Position numbers and translations under genes: made by a program | Shown here: piece after piece, positions 48,480 to 61,879 of the stretch | Numbering within the stretch: position 1 is the stretch's first letter | Layout: each line of letters starts with the position of its first letter | Notes under the pieces: generated by a model | The model's database searches: none | Told to the model about the DNA's origin: nothing | Seen by the model: the letters and a program-made list of their open reading frames with translations, nothing else | Source: Neoechinorhynchus agilis | Lineage: Eukaryota; Animalia; Acanthocephala | NCBI GenBank assembly: GCA_051530055.1 | Contig: CM121342.1 | Coordinates: 7,882,691 to 7,946,690, forward strand | DNA: 64,000 nt | Reading direction: 5' to 3'

Positions 48480-50215
48480 CTCCTCTTTAAATTCATCTAA
48501 AAACTAACACCTTCGAGAATTTAATTTCCGTTTCGATTATTAAACTCATTTATCCTTTATTTTATTCTTCAAATAAATGCATATAAAAGGTGGCCAGATG
48601 ATGAAAAATCCTTTCCTTTAAATGCCATGACTTTGCTTGTCTTTAAATTAGTCTAAAAACTCACACTTTCGACAATTTAATTGCCATTTCGATTACAAAA
48701 CTTATTTATCCTTTATTTTATTCTTCAAATCAATTTATATAAAAAGTGCTTAAATGATGAAAAATACCTTCCATGAAATGCCATGACTTTCCTTCTCTTT
48801 AAATTTATCTAAAAACTCACACCCTGGAGAATTAATTGCCATTTCGATTATTAAACTCATTTATCCTTTATTTTATTCTTCAAATCAATGTATATAAAAG
48901 GTGGCCAGATGATGAAAAATACTTTCCTTGAAATGCCATGACTTTGCTTGTCATTAAATTAATCTAAAAACTCACACTTTCGATAATTTAATTGCCATTT
49001 CGATTACTAAACTTATTTATCCTTTATTTTATTCTTCAAATAAATGTATATAAAAGGTGGCCAGATGATGAAAAATACTTTCCTTGAAATGCCATGACTT
49101 TGCTTGTCTTTAAATTAATCTAAAAACTCACACTTTCGACAATTTAATTGCCATTTCGATTACTAAACTTATTTATCCTTTATTTTATTCTTCAAATAAT
49201 TCATATAAAAAGTGCTTAAATGATGAAAAATACTTTCCTTTAAATGCCATGACTTTGCTTGTCTTTAAATTAATCTAAAAACTCACACTTTCGACAATTT
49301 AATTGCCATTTCGATTACTAAACTTATTTATCCTTTATTTTATTCTTCAAATCAATTCATATAAAAAGTGCTTAAATGATGAAAAATACTTTCCTTTAAA
49401 TGCCATGACTTTGCTTGTCTTTAAATTTATCTAAAAACTCACACCCTGGAGAATTAATTGCCATTTCGATTATTAAACTCATTTATCCTTTATTTTATTC
49501 TTCAAATCAATGTATATAAAAGGTGGCCAGATGATGAAAAATACTTTCCTTGAAATGCCATGACTTTGCTTGTCTTAAATTAATCTAAAAACTCACACTT
49601 TCGAAATTTAATTGCCATTTCGATTACTAAACTTATTTATCCTTTATTTTATTCTTCAAATAAATGTATATAAAAAGTGCTGAAATGATGAAAAATCCTG
49701 TCCTTTAAATGCCATGACTTTCCTTCTCTTTAAATTTATCTAAAAACTCACATTCTGGAGAATTAATTGCCATTTCGAGTACTAAACTTATCCTTTATTT
49801 TATTCTTCAAATAAATGCATATAAAAGGTGGCCAAATGATAAAAAGTACTTTCTTTTAAATGCCATGACTTTCCTTCTCTTTAAATTAATCTAAAAGCTC
49901 ACACTTTCGACAATTTAATTGCCATTTCGATTACTAAACTTTTTTATCCTTTATTTTATTCTTCAAATAAATGTATATAAAAAGTGCTGAAATGATGAAA
50001 AATCCTTTCCTTTAAATGCCACGACTTTGTTTGTCTTTAAATTTATCTAAAAACTCACATTCTGGAGAATTAATTGCCATTTCGATTACTAAACTCATTT
50101 ATCCTTTATTTTATTCTTCAAATCAATGCACATAAAAAGTGCTGAAATGATGAAAAATCCTTTCCTTTAAATGCCATGACTTTGCGTGTTTTTAAGTTTA
50201 TCTAAAAAATTCATT
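48480..50215. repeat. ~156-bp tandem array, about 11 copies
   Basis: ttcttcaaat at 48565, 48721 and 48876. Confidence 0.95.
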
Positions 50216-51619
50216 TTCTATAGAATTATTCGCTATTTTGATTCCCAAGCTGATCTTCAACCAATTATTTTTGTCAAGCTACGGCACCGGATGCATTTGC
50301 AAAAAGCTGTTTTTGCAAAGATATACAAAGAGTTTTCTAGAAATCCAAAATCGGTGATTATACGCCGTAGAGGTTTTTTACATACTTTTCTATTAGTAAT
50401 GATTTATGGGGTAAAATCTCATAAAAAATCATTTTGATCTGTCTCGTTTCTAAGAGATCGAATTAATCAATGTTATTGTTTGGTAAGTAATTATTCCTTT
50501 TAATTGTAGACTTTATTATGCATCGCAATTATCTTTTGGAAGTCGCGGATTTTTGTACAATTTAACATATTATCGATTACTGTTTTTTTTATTTCTTTGT
50601 TAAATTCGATCAAATGATCGCTTACATTCAGCTATTACTTCGACGAATAATCTCGGAGTTGTCAGAGTTTGTCAACATCAGTTAACGATGTTTTAATTAC
50701 GGGAGCGAATGCTTAAATTTAACCACTTTTCTAAATTGGCATCAGCGGAATGAAGTGGGTGCTTTATGTTCCATTAATTTGAATAATACAAAAACTGTCA
50801 AAAGTAGAAGATGCTCGTCCATGTTCGCTCGACAAGTTGAGTAATAGAATTTCTAATGGCATAGGAATTCTTGTGAAATCATGAGAACAAATTAGTGTTT
50901 TTGTATTGAATTATTTTCTTCAGGAAAAGATGCTTTCTTCTTTTTTTGTTGTAATAAACTACGGATTTTAGTTCTGATATTTGACATCGGATAATTCCGA
51001 CATTATCAAGTTTTGTGATTGACGATCCTTTCCTCTATTTCGAATGATAAAGCTTGGTTTGAAATATCGGGTATAACTACCAAGAGGAAACATTATTTTT
51101 CGATTTTTAATCTCTGCATAATTAAAAAAAGTAGACAATCGATTGGGTAAACAACTTTATTGGTTTCGATGGGTTTTTTTGCGAAATGTCCAGTGCGCAT
51201 ACTTTTTTTATGACTTTTTCATCTCGTGCATGAAACTTTAGACCTTTTTCATTAATAAAGTCACTGAATGATTTAAAGGTTGATTTTAAAGACATTGCAA
51301 TGGGAACAAATATTAAGCGTCCGAAACAAGATACTCATTATTTAGACGTCTATGTTGAAGTTTTCGAAAAACTCGCAACCTTATTTAGTTTGAGGATAAT
51401 TATGAGATCGCGATGCCATAATTCTTAGTATATTTTGATTCTAAAGGTCCCTTCCGACCTTTACTCGTTTTCCTTTTGTGTAACCTTCAACTTAGAAAAA
51501 AGACGAGCCTCTTGCATTGTAAAAAAGCGTGCACAACGCATCTTTTGTCGCATCGTTCACATTTATGAACAACTTAAAAAAAAGTATGCAGTCATTGAAC
51601 TCTCAAAAACTTTTTTCAG

Positions 51620-54506
51620 ATGAGAGCAGCGAAATCGGTTGTGAAACGAAGCACATCCATTGACAATAAGAAACTTCAAACAAGACGGAAATCCACTGAG
51701 TGAGTTAATTTAACAAAATTTCAACTGTTTTTAAGTTGACCCCGTTTTCAACCTTGCCTGACGGTGCCTCACAGTGAACTTTGCCCTTTTTTGGGTTAGT
51801 AGTGATATAAAGGCACAAGGCGGAAAGGTCACAAAACCAAATGTCATGAGATATAAGACTATGAGTGGTAAACGTTCCCCTGGAGTGATTTTTTCTCCTT
51901 TTTCTTATTTTGTTGGAATTGAATGTAAGGGATTCTTTTAATTTTTTGTTAGTGCGAATTGTACTAATAACTTTAAGTTTAGGGCTTCATCGCTCTTGCA
52001 ACAAGCTGTCTTGAAGCGAGCGTCTTTAAAATTGGATGGTCAGTTTAATTCAGCAATTAGAGCAGACAATTGGCTTGAACATGAACAGCAACCGACTGAT
52101 TCCGAGTTGGAGTCAATCAGAGCGACCGTACATGCAGTGGGTTTTTCGGTCTTCTAAATAAATAGAAAGATCGGTTGTTGTTTTTCTGTTTAGAATCAAT
52201 CGAGGGATACAAGTGACGATGAAGCTGGTTCCTTACTTAAAGAACCGACGGTGATAAACGGTCACAATAGACTGTTTAATTCCATTGAATTAGTCGAAAG
52301 TTTTCGAGCGATGGGGAAAAATGAATTAAAGGAGACGATGAAAACATTAAGAGCTCTTTATAAGGAGAATTTTGGCTCAGATGAGGATACATATGAGGAT
52401 GATTATAAAAAGCAAATAATGAAGCGTGAAGAAGTCATAAGTAAGCTTGATAAAGATATTCAACAAATTAGGGAAAAATTGGAATATGTGTGCCTCCAAC
52501 AAAAGGAGTTGCGCACGATTGGACCGTCTGTAGGGGAAGAGCGGAATTCTTCTTTTTGTTCAAACGACGATATGGCTTCAACGAGTCTTCATGACGAAGA
52601 AGGGTACGAGGACGAGGAGGACGATGAAAACGATTTGGATGGTAGTGATATATCGAGGAAACTGTTGTCTTATCCAGGATTAGCATCACCGTTGCCTCTA
52701 GCTTATGCCCGTAGACAAGTTAGTTTCTTTTTAAAGATCAAAAATATTTCTTAGGAGTTTTGTGACCAGCGAATGGAGCAACGAAGAACTGAACGTGAGC
52801 GATTATTGATGATGAGACAAATGCAGAGGAAAGAGAATATGCTTCAACGAAGAATACAGCGTGAGACGACGCGGCGTTTATTGGAAGAAGAGGAGAGGTT
52901 TGCCACGGACTTGGTTAAACTGGCATTAAAGCAGTTGCTTTTAGACAAGAGATGGAATTATCGTCGAGGCGGAAAGCCGATGACCGAATGAAGAGAGATT
53001 TAATATTAAATTTCCATAAAGCAGCTAAGGACGAGGCGCGAACTACTAGTAGATATGACTTGGCTAAACCAACATCGGTTGCGCGAAGAAGTAGACGCCT
53101 TGATGAAGCTCTACGGACGTCGATTGCTGATTTGTCTACAGCTCGACTACCGCGGGCCAATGAAGCTAATAAACGACCATGGGATGAACGACAGCGATCG
53201 ATCAATAGTGCTAATAGCTCTTATATGTCCCCAACGACTAGCTATCGCATCAAAGTAAATAGGGCGTCAAGTGTTAATAGTCTTTTAGCTCTTAATGGTA
53301 ATCCTGACGAAGACGAGGACGTTTATGGATCGGTAAGGTTTTCTTTGGACAAATGAACGCGATCTGATTTTAAATACTTAAGCTACAGTCACCATCAGCC
53401 GTTCGCTCATTCTTAAGCTTTCGCCAACAACACCAAAGCACTGATGCGGCGTTGGCTGCTCGAAGTATGAACGAATTAAATACATTAGGAAACCCGTCTA
53501 GTAGAATAGGAATTGGTGACCGTCAATCAAGACAATTTAGACCGCTTAATCGTGCTGTATCCTCATCCATGTTATCCGAAACGGGTAAGTTTCTTCGCTC
53601 ACTTTTGTCAAGGTTTTCTTAAATTTCAATAAATAAAAAAGGAAGACAGAGATCACTGAGTCGAATTCCGTTGAAGAACAATCGGACGCATATTATCAAT
53701 GCTCTCACACAAGTAGCTCTGGCCGGTAGTCCTAATAAACGACAACGGGATATCGTTCTAAAGGTATGAGACTCACTATCTTTTCATCGAATGAAGAATT
53801 CGGAATTGTTCTAGTAAAGTTTTGATGAGGACAAAATAAAAAAAGCGGTTATTTCGTTCTCTATGTGAGACTTTTTCAGAATTGATTGTAACTTAAGATA
53901 ACCTACAAGCAATTATAAAAGAAGCCCTACATAAAAGAATGAAATATCCAAAATAAAATTGGATTTCTTGTATTCATCTTGCCTTCATCAAAACAAACTA
54001 TAGACAACACCTTTACAATTTAGATAAATTTCTAAAGTCGTTTTAAGGGCATTTTATAGTTTGGCAGCACAAACGATAGTATAAATAAGCATATAATTCA
54101 AGCGAAAGAGCCATTTTTTCGTCCTATCGACGATGCCATAAAAAGAACCCTTGACCTAATCTATACTTCAACAAAATCGCAATTAATCTTATAAATCACA
54201 TTCGCAATTTAGGAAATAGAGGATTCCACGACCCGGCATTTGATGATTTTATTCAGAGACCATCGACTCCAGTATCGCGGACTCTACTCATTCTCTGGAG
54301 ATTCGAACTTTATAGAGAAAATACACGGGATCGGTCCCAATGTAATTGAGGAAATTAACGTGGAAAAATTCTATAAATACAATTCCTGTACAAAATCATT
54401 CGCACTTATTCCTGCGAAGCATTTCTCGATGCAAACGGATGGTCTTATTCTCAAAGATGATCTTTGGCATGGATCTAGGAAGCCATCGCTTGTGAGATCT
54501 AAATAA
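51620..54506 (+). CDS. CAMSAP: CAMSAP/Patronin microtubule minus-end protein; 5' exons unresolved
   Basis: CKK domain NRTHIINALTQVALAGSPN...LMILFRDHRLQYRGLY...GIGP...KFYKYNSCTKSFALIPAKHFS..DGLIL..DLW; upstream coiled coil and YAKPT-like DLAKPT; 47-nt GT-AG intron near 52.9 kb restores frame. Confidence 0.9.
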
Positions 54507-54742
54507 TATCTATGCATATTTGCGAACATTATCCGAATGTAGCTTTAATTTTTGAATTCGTATGAAAGGGTTACGTGAGTCGAAATTATCGTTCTGTTAG
54601 CCTTTGAGGAATTAAAAATGCAAACTATTTTTTATCTTGAAAAGTACTAGGATCTTAAGCTATATATTGAGTCTCATTTTTTGAATGTTTCACAATTCAA
54701 ATATGCCATTTATCATTCAAATTTATTCAAAAAATCCATTTC

Positions 54743-55486
54743 TTAATCATCGCTAAGCCCGAGACCACGCAATCTCTCCTCAGCAATCCGAAGGAAATCG
54801 GGGTTTCTCGGTTTAGGATAAAATTGTGGTACGGATGAGCCCCGATGCTTTATCAAATCCTCAACTTCGTCGTCAATAGCTCTACGCCCAGCCGAATGTT
54901 TTCCATCCGTCTCGGAATCATAGAATTCATTGTCCTGAAACCGAAATGCATTCGTAGTGTCCTCCTCGTATAATGGAATTGGAGTAACTTCATTTGGTTC
55001 CTCGACTTTGGTGATTACTTCTTCGGTCGTCTCGAACTTTTGATCACTTGTAGAAATACCAGTGCCTTCCGATTCCGTTTCAGTGTTCATCGTTATCTGA
55101 TCCGTAGTTTGTACGGTGGTCGGAACTGGCACCGTAGTTTCTGGTTTCGCCTCAGTAACTGGCGTTTCTGTGGTTGGATTCGTTTTTTTGGTCAAATCTT
55201 TTATCTGGCCTTTCATTGGAATCTTCAGTCTAATCTTATCCATTACCGTTATTTGGTATCTGTCATTCGGTCTGCAACGATGCCGTCCTTGCATTGATAA
55301 AGCTCTTAGAGCCAGCTGAGTATCCACCATCACTTTCATATCATGCAATGTCCTCGTCTTCATATTCTGGATGACATTGTACATTTGGAACCTTTCTGCG
55401 TCCTCCAATCTCCTTTCCCAACTGGATAAGCAACGACTTTGGCTCAAAGTTAATAGGGAGGACATGAATACAAGACCGGATAACAT
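54743..55486 (-). CDS. Intronless secreted protein with a T/P/E-rich spacer (prohormone-like)
   Basis: Signal-like MLSGLVFMSSLLTLSQS; RR, GRHR and GRR sites; mucin-like middle. Confidence 0.6.
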   Translation of the reverse strand: MLSGLVFMSSLLTLSQSRCLSSWERRLEDAERFQMYNVIQNMKTRTLHDMKVMVDTQLALRALSMQGRHRCRPNDRYQITVMDKIRLKIPMKGQIKDLTKKTNPTTETPVTEAKPETTVPVPTTVQTTDQITMNTETESEGTGISTSDQKFETTEEVITKVEEPNEVTPIPLYEEDTTNAFRFQDNEFYDSETDGKHSAGRRAIDDEVEDLIKHRGSSVPQFYPKPRNPDFLRIAEERLRGLGLSDD

Positions 55487-56717
55487 CGTTGTGTGGTGTG
55501 CGATAAAGTTCCACAAAAAACTGGTTTCAACCAACGTTGTTGCTATGCCAATTTAAACGCAACGAGTTTTTTTCATATTTGTTAAACAAAATTATGGTTT
55601 TAGTTATATATTTTTTGAATTTATACTAAAATACAGAGAACGCCAATGAGGTAAGTACGCCAATAATCTCCTGATTATTTAACTCTAAACTCTTTAGATG
55701 ATGATAAAAGATGCTTGAAACTTTCTAAGACTGATAACGGTGAACAGATTTTGTGTTTTTAAACGGATTCATACTCTCAGGTTAGATGTGTATTTAAATA
55801 TGACCTTAAAACCAACTTTAAAGGAGTGTTCATTATCCATCTCGGCTTGCAAAAATGAGTATAACTCTTAGGCCGGAAATCAGTATTTCAACTTGACAAG
55901 ATTCGAGGTTCGTCGAACTTAATCCTTATATCGAAATTAAGTAAACATTACAAAACGTTTTAATAGAAGCTTTAATTGATTATTTTACCATTAACCAAAA
56001 AATTTTATACTTCGACTTTTATTTCACCAATAAACGAATAAACCTCCCCAAAAGTCCGATTTTTACTCTTACTAATCGAGTTCTGATGATGAAAAGCATA
56101 CTGCGATGCGTTTTAGCTACCAAGAAAGACGAGATGGCAAAACCGTTTTTATGTCTATTCGAGATAGACCCTGGTAGGGAAAGTTACATGCGTCTTTAAG
56201 GCAAGGTTGCAGAAGGAATAGGAATAATGCTTTTTGTAGCTAACATGCTGAGATAGTTCCAAAAAATTCTTTACACGATTCCGCCGAAGCAAATAAATTA
56301 CATACAAATGAGTGCTTAGTATAGATTTAAACTTTAGTAACTGAAAATAATTTGAATTCTTGTCGTATCCAGAATTTATAAAATAGACAGATAATTTGCC
56401 ATCTTTCCAAATAATGTTTTCGGTTCTGTCAATATTTTAAAGCGTGAAAGCAATCTCCAACTATTGATCTTATCAAAATCATGCGCAAACTTCGTTTTGA
56501 TTGATAGACATTCCTTCTTACAGGTTAGTTTAAAAGCATTTTATGCCAATCTTTTTCAGTGTATAAATAGTCTTCTAGGCACGTCCAATGGCAAAAGATA
56601 CTAAAGAGAAACTAAAGAAAACGTGTGGCTGCCATAAGTCATATCAGCGCATGCTAAGGGGAATCTTTTGAAATCGTCAAAGGGATAATGTCCAATCAAA
56701 AACACAAGTATTGGAAA

Positions 56718-58425
56718 GCAGAACGATAGTCTCTTGGCGTTGCCGTGGATGAATAATGGGGTAAACAGTTTGCTTCGAAATTTATAAAATCTTTATTAAG
56801 CTCGGGTATTCAAAAGTTTGTTTTGTTTAGAAAATTTAAACCACTTTGATTTTTATTTTTTTAACGCAGAACGATAGTCTCTTGGCGTCGCTGTGGATGA
56901 ATAATGGGGTAAGCAGTTTGCTTCGAAATTTATAAAATCTTTATTAAGCTCGGGTATTCAAAAGTTTGTTTTGTTTAGAAAATTTAAACCACTTTGATTT
57001 TTATTTTTTTAACGCAGAACGATAGTCTCTTGGCGTCGCTGCGGATGAATAATGGGGTAAGCAGTTTGCTTCGAAATTTATAAAATCTTTATTAAGCTCG
57101 GGTATTCAAAAGTTTGTTTTGTTTAGAAAATTTAAACCACTTTGATTTTGATTTTTTTAACGCAGAACGATAGTCTCTTGGCGTCGCTGTGGATGAATAA
57201 TGGGGTAAGCAGTTTGCTTCGAAATTTATAAAATCTTTATTAAGCTCGGGTATTCAAAAGTTTGTTTTGTTTAGAAAATTTAAACCACTTTGATTTTTAT
57301 TTTTTTAACGCAGAACGATAGTCTCTTGGCGTCGCTGTGGATGAATAATGGGGTAAGCAGTTTGCTTCGAAATTTATAAAATCTTTATTAAGCTCGGGTA
57401 TTCAAAAGTTTGTTTTGTTTAGAAAATTTAAACCACTTTGATTTTTATTTTTTTAACGCAGAACGATAGTCTCTTGGCGTTGCTGGATGAATAATGGGGT
57501 AAGCAGTTTGCTTCGAAATTTATAAAATCTTTATTAAGCTCGGGTATTCAAAAGTTTGTTTTGTTTAGAAAATTTAAACCACTTTGATTTTATTTTTTTA
57601 ACGCAGAACGATAGTCTCTTGGCGTCGCTGCGGATATAATGGGGTAAGCAGTTTGCTTCGAAATTTATAAAATCTTTATTAAGCTCGGGTATTCAAAAGT
57701 TTGTTTTGTTTAGAAAATTTAAACCACTTTGATTTTGATTTTTTTAACGCAGAACGATAGTCTCTTGGCGTTGCTGTGGATGAATAATGGGGTAAGCAGT
57801 TTGCTTCGAAATTTATAAAATCTTTATTAAGCTCGGGTATTCAAAAGTTTGTTTTGTTTAGAAAATTTAAACCACTTTGATTTTGATTTTTTTAACGCAG
57901 AACGATAGTCTCTTGGCGTCGCTGCGGATGAATAATGGGGTAAGCAGTTTGCTTCGAAATTTATAAAATCTTTATTAAGCTCGGGTATTCAAAAGTTTGT
58001 TTTGTTTAGAAAATTTAAACCACTTTGATTTTTATTTTTTTAACGCAGAACGATAGTCTCTTGGCGTCGCTGTGGATGAATAATGGGGTAAGCAGTTTGC
58101 TTCGAAATTTATAAAATCTTTATTAAGCTCGGGTATTCAAAAGTTTGTTTTGTTTAGAAAATTTAAACCACTTTGATTTTGATTTTTTTAACGCAGAACG
58201 ATAGTCTCTTGGCGTCGCTGTGGATGAATAATGGGGTAAGCAGTTTGCTTCGAAATTTATAAAATCTTTATTAAGCTCGGGTATTCAAAAGTTTGTTTTG
58301 TTTAGAAAATTTAAACCACTTTGATTTTGATTTTTTTAACGCAGAACGATAGTCTCTTGGCGTCGCTGCGGATGAATAATGTGGTAAGCAGTGCTCATCG
58401 AATTTATAAAATCTTTATTGAGCTC
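56718..58425. repeat. 148-bp tandem array, 12 monomer starts
   Basis: gcagaacgatagtctcttgg at 56718, 56866, 57014 and so on to ~58344. Confidence 0.97.
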
Positions 58426-59358
58426 GGATTTCGAGACATCTCTCCAATTATCGTTCCTTTTTAGTTCACTTTAACCGTTTAACCTGTATGAAATTGATAC
58501 TTGGGCGTCAAATTGTAATGATAAAGAAAAAGGAGATCGTTATCTCTGAGGCGAAAAAACACTCAAATAATCCCTGAAGATGTCCTAAGACGCCGAAAGC
58601 TTTAAAATAAAGATTTTCATTTTCTGTATCGTTACAACAGCTCGCCCAAATGTCAATTTAAAAGACAAAAACTTGAAGTGTGGAAGATGTGTATCGGTAC
58701 TTTCATTGAGGATTCTCGTCAACTTAAACGAAGTGTCACCTTTTATTCAGCTGCTTCCAAAGGAACTCATTTGCTGTAAAAGGTTTTTCTTTGAACTAAA
58801 ACTCTTAGAAATAATATCCAATACCTCTCAAAATAATTCTACCGTCCTACTTCTGCTTAGGATAAAACATGGGACAAAATCAATGCAGCAATGGACCGGC
58901 TCACTGGTACAATAAAAAGGTAACAAAAGCGATTTAGTTTTAATTTGTACAAAATGATTTTATATCTGTGCTTTTTCGTTTGAAAAAAAGAGAATTCATA
59001 CTTGATCCAAGACTTGGTAAAAAACTTTTGTATAATTCTCCTTGAATACGTGAAAAGTTTTTGTTGGCGCATTCTTAATTTTTTTATGACAAGAGGAACA
59101 GTTGGCTATTGTGGGATATTGTTGCGACCAACTATTTTAAACCCCTATTTTTTGTGGTTTGATACGAAATTATCTACTATGGCATTAGAAAAGATATGGA
59201 CGATATGTAATTGGATAAAAGTGCGGCGTAATTTGTTTTAATGGCGTTGTTATTTACGGTCTCGGCGATGGTTGTATCTCGCAATGGGAATTTAAAAACT
59301 CTTAAACTTGGCGATTTCTCTATAGAGACAAATACTGAAAAATTTATTATTCCGGGAT

Positions 59359-61641
59359 TCAGACAACTTTTTCGGAATGAAGAGGTTTTTTGATTTCAAC
59401 AGTCGTGCTGGGTGCCATGGCTCCATTTGACTGAAACCCTTGAAATCCTTCACTCCTAGATGATGGCATATTCAATAGATTCACTGATGGCGCAGCGGGC
59501 GAGCTTTGCGGCGATCCGGCGTCGACCACAGCAGTCTCAACGGAGTTATGATGAATTTGTTGCAGTTGAGGAATACTGTTCATTTGTTCATTGGTGGACA
59601 ATGTAGTCGTAACAACGGCATCATTTTCTTGCTTGATAACGACATCTTGAGAAGTAGTTGTAGGTTCACTTTTCGGGGCATGTACTGTTCGTATGTGTCT
59701 TCTAAGAGAGTTGGAGTGTCTGAAAGGTTTCTTGCATATGTCGCAAAAGAAAGGTTTGTCACCGGTATGAATCCTCATATGACAGCTCAAGTTCCCTTGT
59801 TGGCTGAATCGCTTTGAGCATTCCTCACATTCGTATGGTTGTTTTCTGCACACCTCACAATTGTGTCCTATAAAAACGTCGTATCTATGAAACATCGCTT
59901 CGCACTCCTTGCACTTGTATCCATGAGACAATACTTCGGGAGCTTCACGTTGTGAAGAAGGCTGGGTTTGGAATACGTTCGAGAAGGAAAACATCCCATT
60001 TCCACCACCACCACCGCCGCCGCCACCGCCGCTAAGGTATCCAGAATCACCTAAAAGGCTACTATTTTGCAAAAACGAAGATGATTGGTGGTGATGATTC
60101 GGAGAAGAAACAGTGGTGTTTAGTGCCGAATTGGACGATGATTGAACTGCGACCGCTGCTTGAATGGATGCTTGCAGAAGTAAACTCATAACGCTCGTCG
60201 AATCAGGAAGGCTGCTGTTGGTGTTGTTAGTTGCCGTTGTAGCATAAAACAATGGATTCGTGAACATATTCTAAATTTTTGATGAAGGTCAGTTTTGCCC
60301 TTTTTTGGGTTTCCCCCTTTTCAATGGAAATTAAAAGCTTATTTGATTTGTCGGTTCTTCAAATGAACAAGAGCTGACCGAATTAATGGGAAATCGTGTG
60401 TGGGTTCCGATACCACTTGTCTTGGTAAATTTAATCTCAGTCGATCTTAGTTTGAAATTACGGAACTTTAAGTAGCAATACAATCAACGTCAGACGGTCA
60501 TAATTCACTTGAAGAGGGATTAATGGGCGACGTGGGAATTTCTCGTTTTTGAAGTAGGGAAATCCATATCCAAGAAGTTTTACCGAGAGAGAGAGAGCAA
60601 AAGAAGTGTTATTTAGCTAGCTCGTTAGAGTAGGACGTTTCAAACGTCGTCGAGTTAGTTATTTTAAAGAAGTCTAAGACCCAAACTCGGTTCTTTGTTT
60701 GAATCGAGAAATTTTTTTGATTGCTACAAACTTCTTTTAAACTACACTTTGATGGAGACAAACCTGAAAATCGTTAAATCGTTGATCTTGCATGGGTTGT
60801 TGCATGAGTCTCGATCGGTTATTAGAACCGATGACATTATTTCCACTGATAAAAGTATTAGTTTGATGAATAATGGGTGGAGGAGGTAGAGGGATATTGT
60901 TCAGTTTCACGTGGCTATCTCTTCTTTGAGTGACCATTGGTTTTCTCCTTGAAGCGACACTCATTTCTTGAGGACGTTCATCACAAGTTGTTTCTCGTTT
61001 TAGTAGGGATCCTCGTCGCATGTTCAAGGTTCCCGTTTGTTTCCGTTTCATTGCAGAAAAGATGATTCGTTTCGTTTTGTCGTATTTCTTGCTAAGATTG
61101 GCTACCAATGATTTTTGTTTGTGGTCGTATTCATCAAGATTTGAGAGGCATTTTGCGCAATACATGCACACAAGGCCACTTGAGCATTCATCATGAGCAC
61201 CGAGGAATTTTCGGATGCAATCTCCTAAGAGGGGGATCATTTGTCGTGCCCCCGATGATCCCGATCGGGTTTAAAGTATCACTGTTTTGTCTTAGTCTCA
61301 GATTAATGGACACATACCTTCTCATTCCAAGCCGACGACCGTCTGTTCCATCCGGCCGTTTGAGCCTTGCGTAACAGACACGACAGCGATCTTGCAGTTG
61401 AAATCCAAGCATCAAACTCACCGTTTCCTGATGAAATTATTGCTTTGTGAGTGGCGAATTCGATCTCTGTTGGCTGAGGAGGAGCTTGGCGGTAGTGGTG
61501 GTGGTGGTGGCGGTGGTGTATATGTGCTGGTGTGTGCGTGTGCGTGAGAGAGAGAGGAGAATGAAGACTTGTGGCGGCGGCGGCGGTGGTGGTGGTGGTG
61601 GCGGCGGTGGTAGTGGAGATATTCTCTTGTGTTGTGGACAC
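59359..61641 (-). CDS. ZAD (zf-AD)-like + C2H2 zinc-finger transcription factor; exons ~61641-61422, 61390-61283, 61224-60764, 60270-59359; start unresolved
   Basis: Spliced CRVC...CMYC domain followed by a helix; phase-0 donor CAG|GTTTGT and acceptor tttag|AAT (with CTGAC) join it to YECEECSKRFSQQGNLSCHMRIHTGDKPFFCDICKKPFRHSNSLRRHIRTVH. Confidence 0.7.
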
Positions 61642-61879
61642 GCGTCATAACGAATAGGACGGTCTGAGTGCTGCCGAAGTCTAAAGACTACCAACGATTT
61701 GAGTCTACTGGAGCGAAGATGAACATGGATCGATTGAACCGCCTCTTCGTGCCATACGCGACTCTCGCGTGCTGCGCAACCGAAACAAAAGTTCGATGCC
61801 GAACTCGGGTTCAAGAAGGCGTACGCGCCACTTTCTGAGCACTCACATCGACGAGAGTTTAATCGCAGAGGCGTCTCAC

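Noticed and set aside
56083-56094. CTGATGATGAAA as a minimal hammerhead
   Set aside because: No stem II, I or III pairing found.
56718-58425. Arrays as CRISPR loci
   Set aside because: No unique spacers, no cas genes, eukaryotic context.
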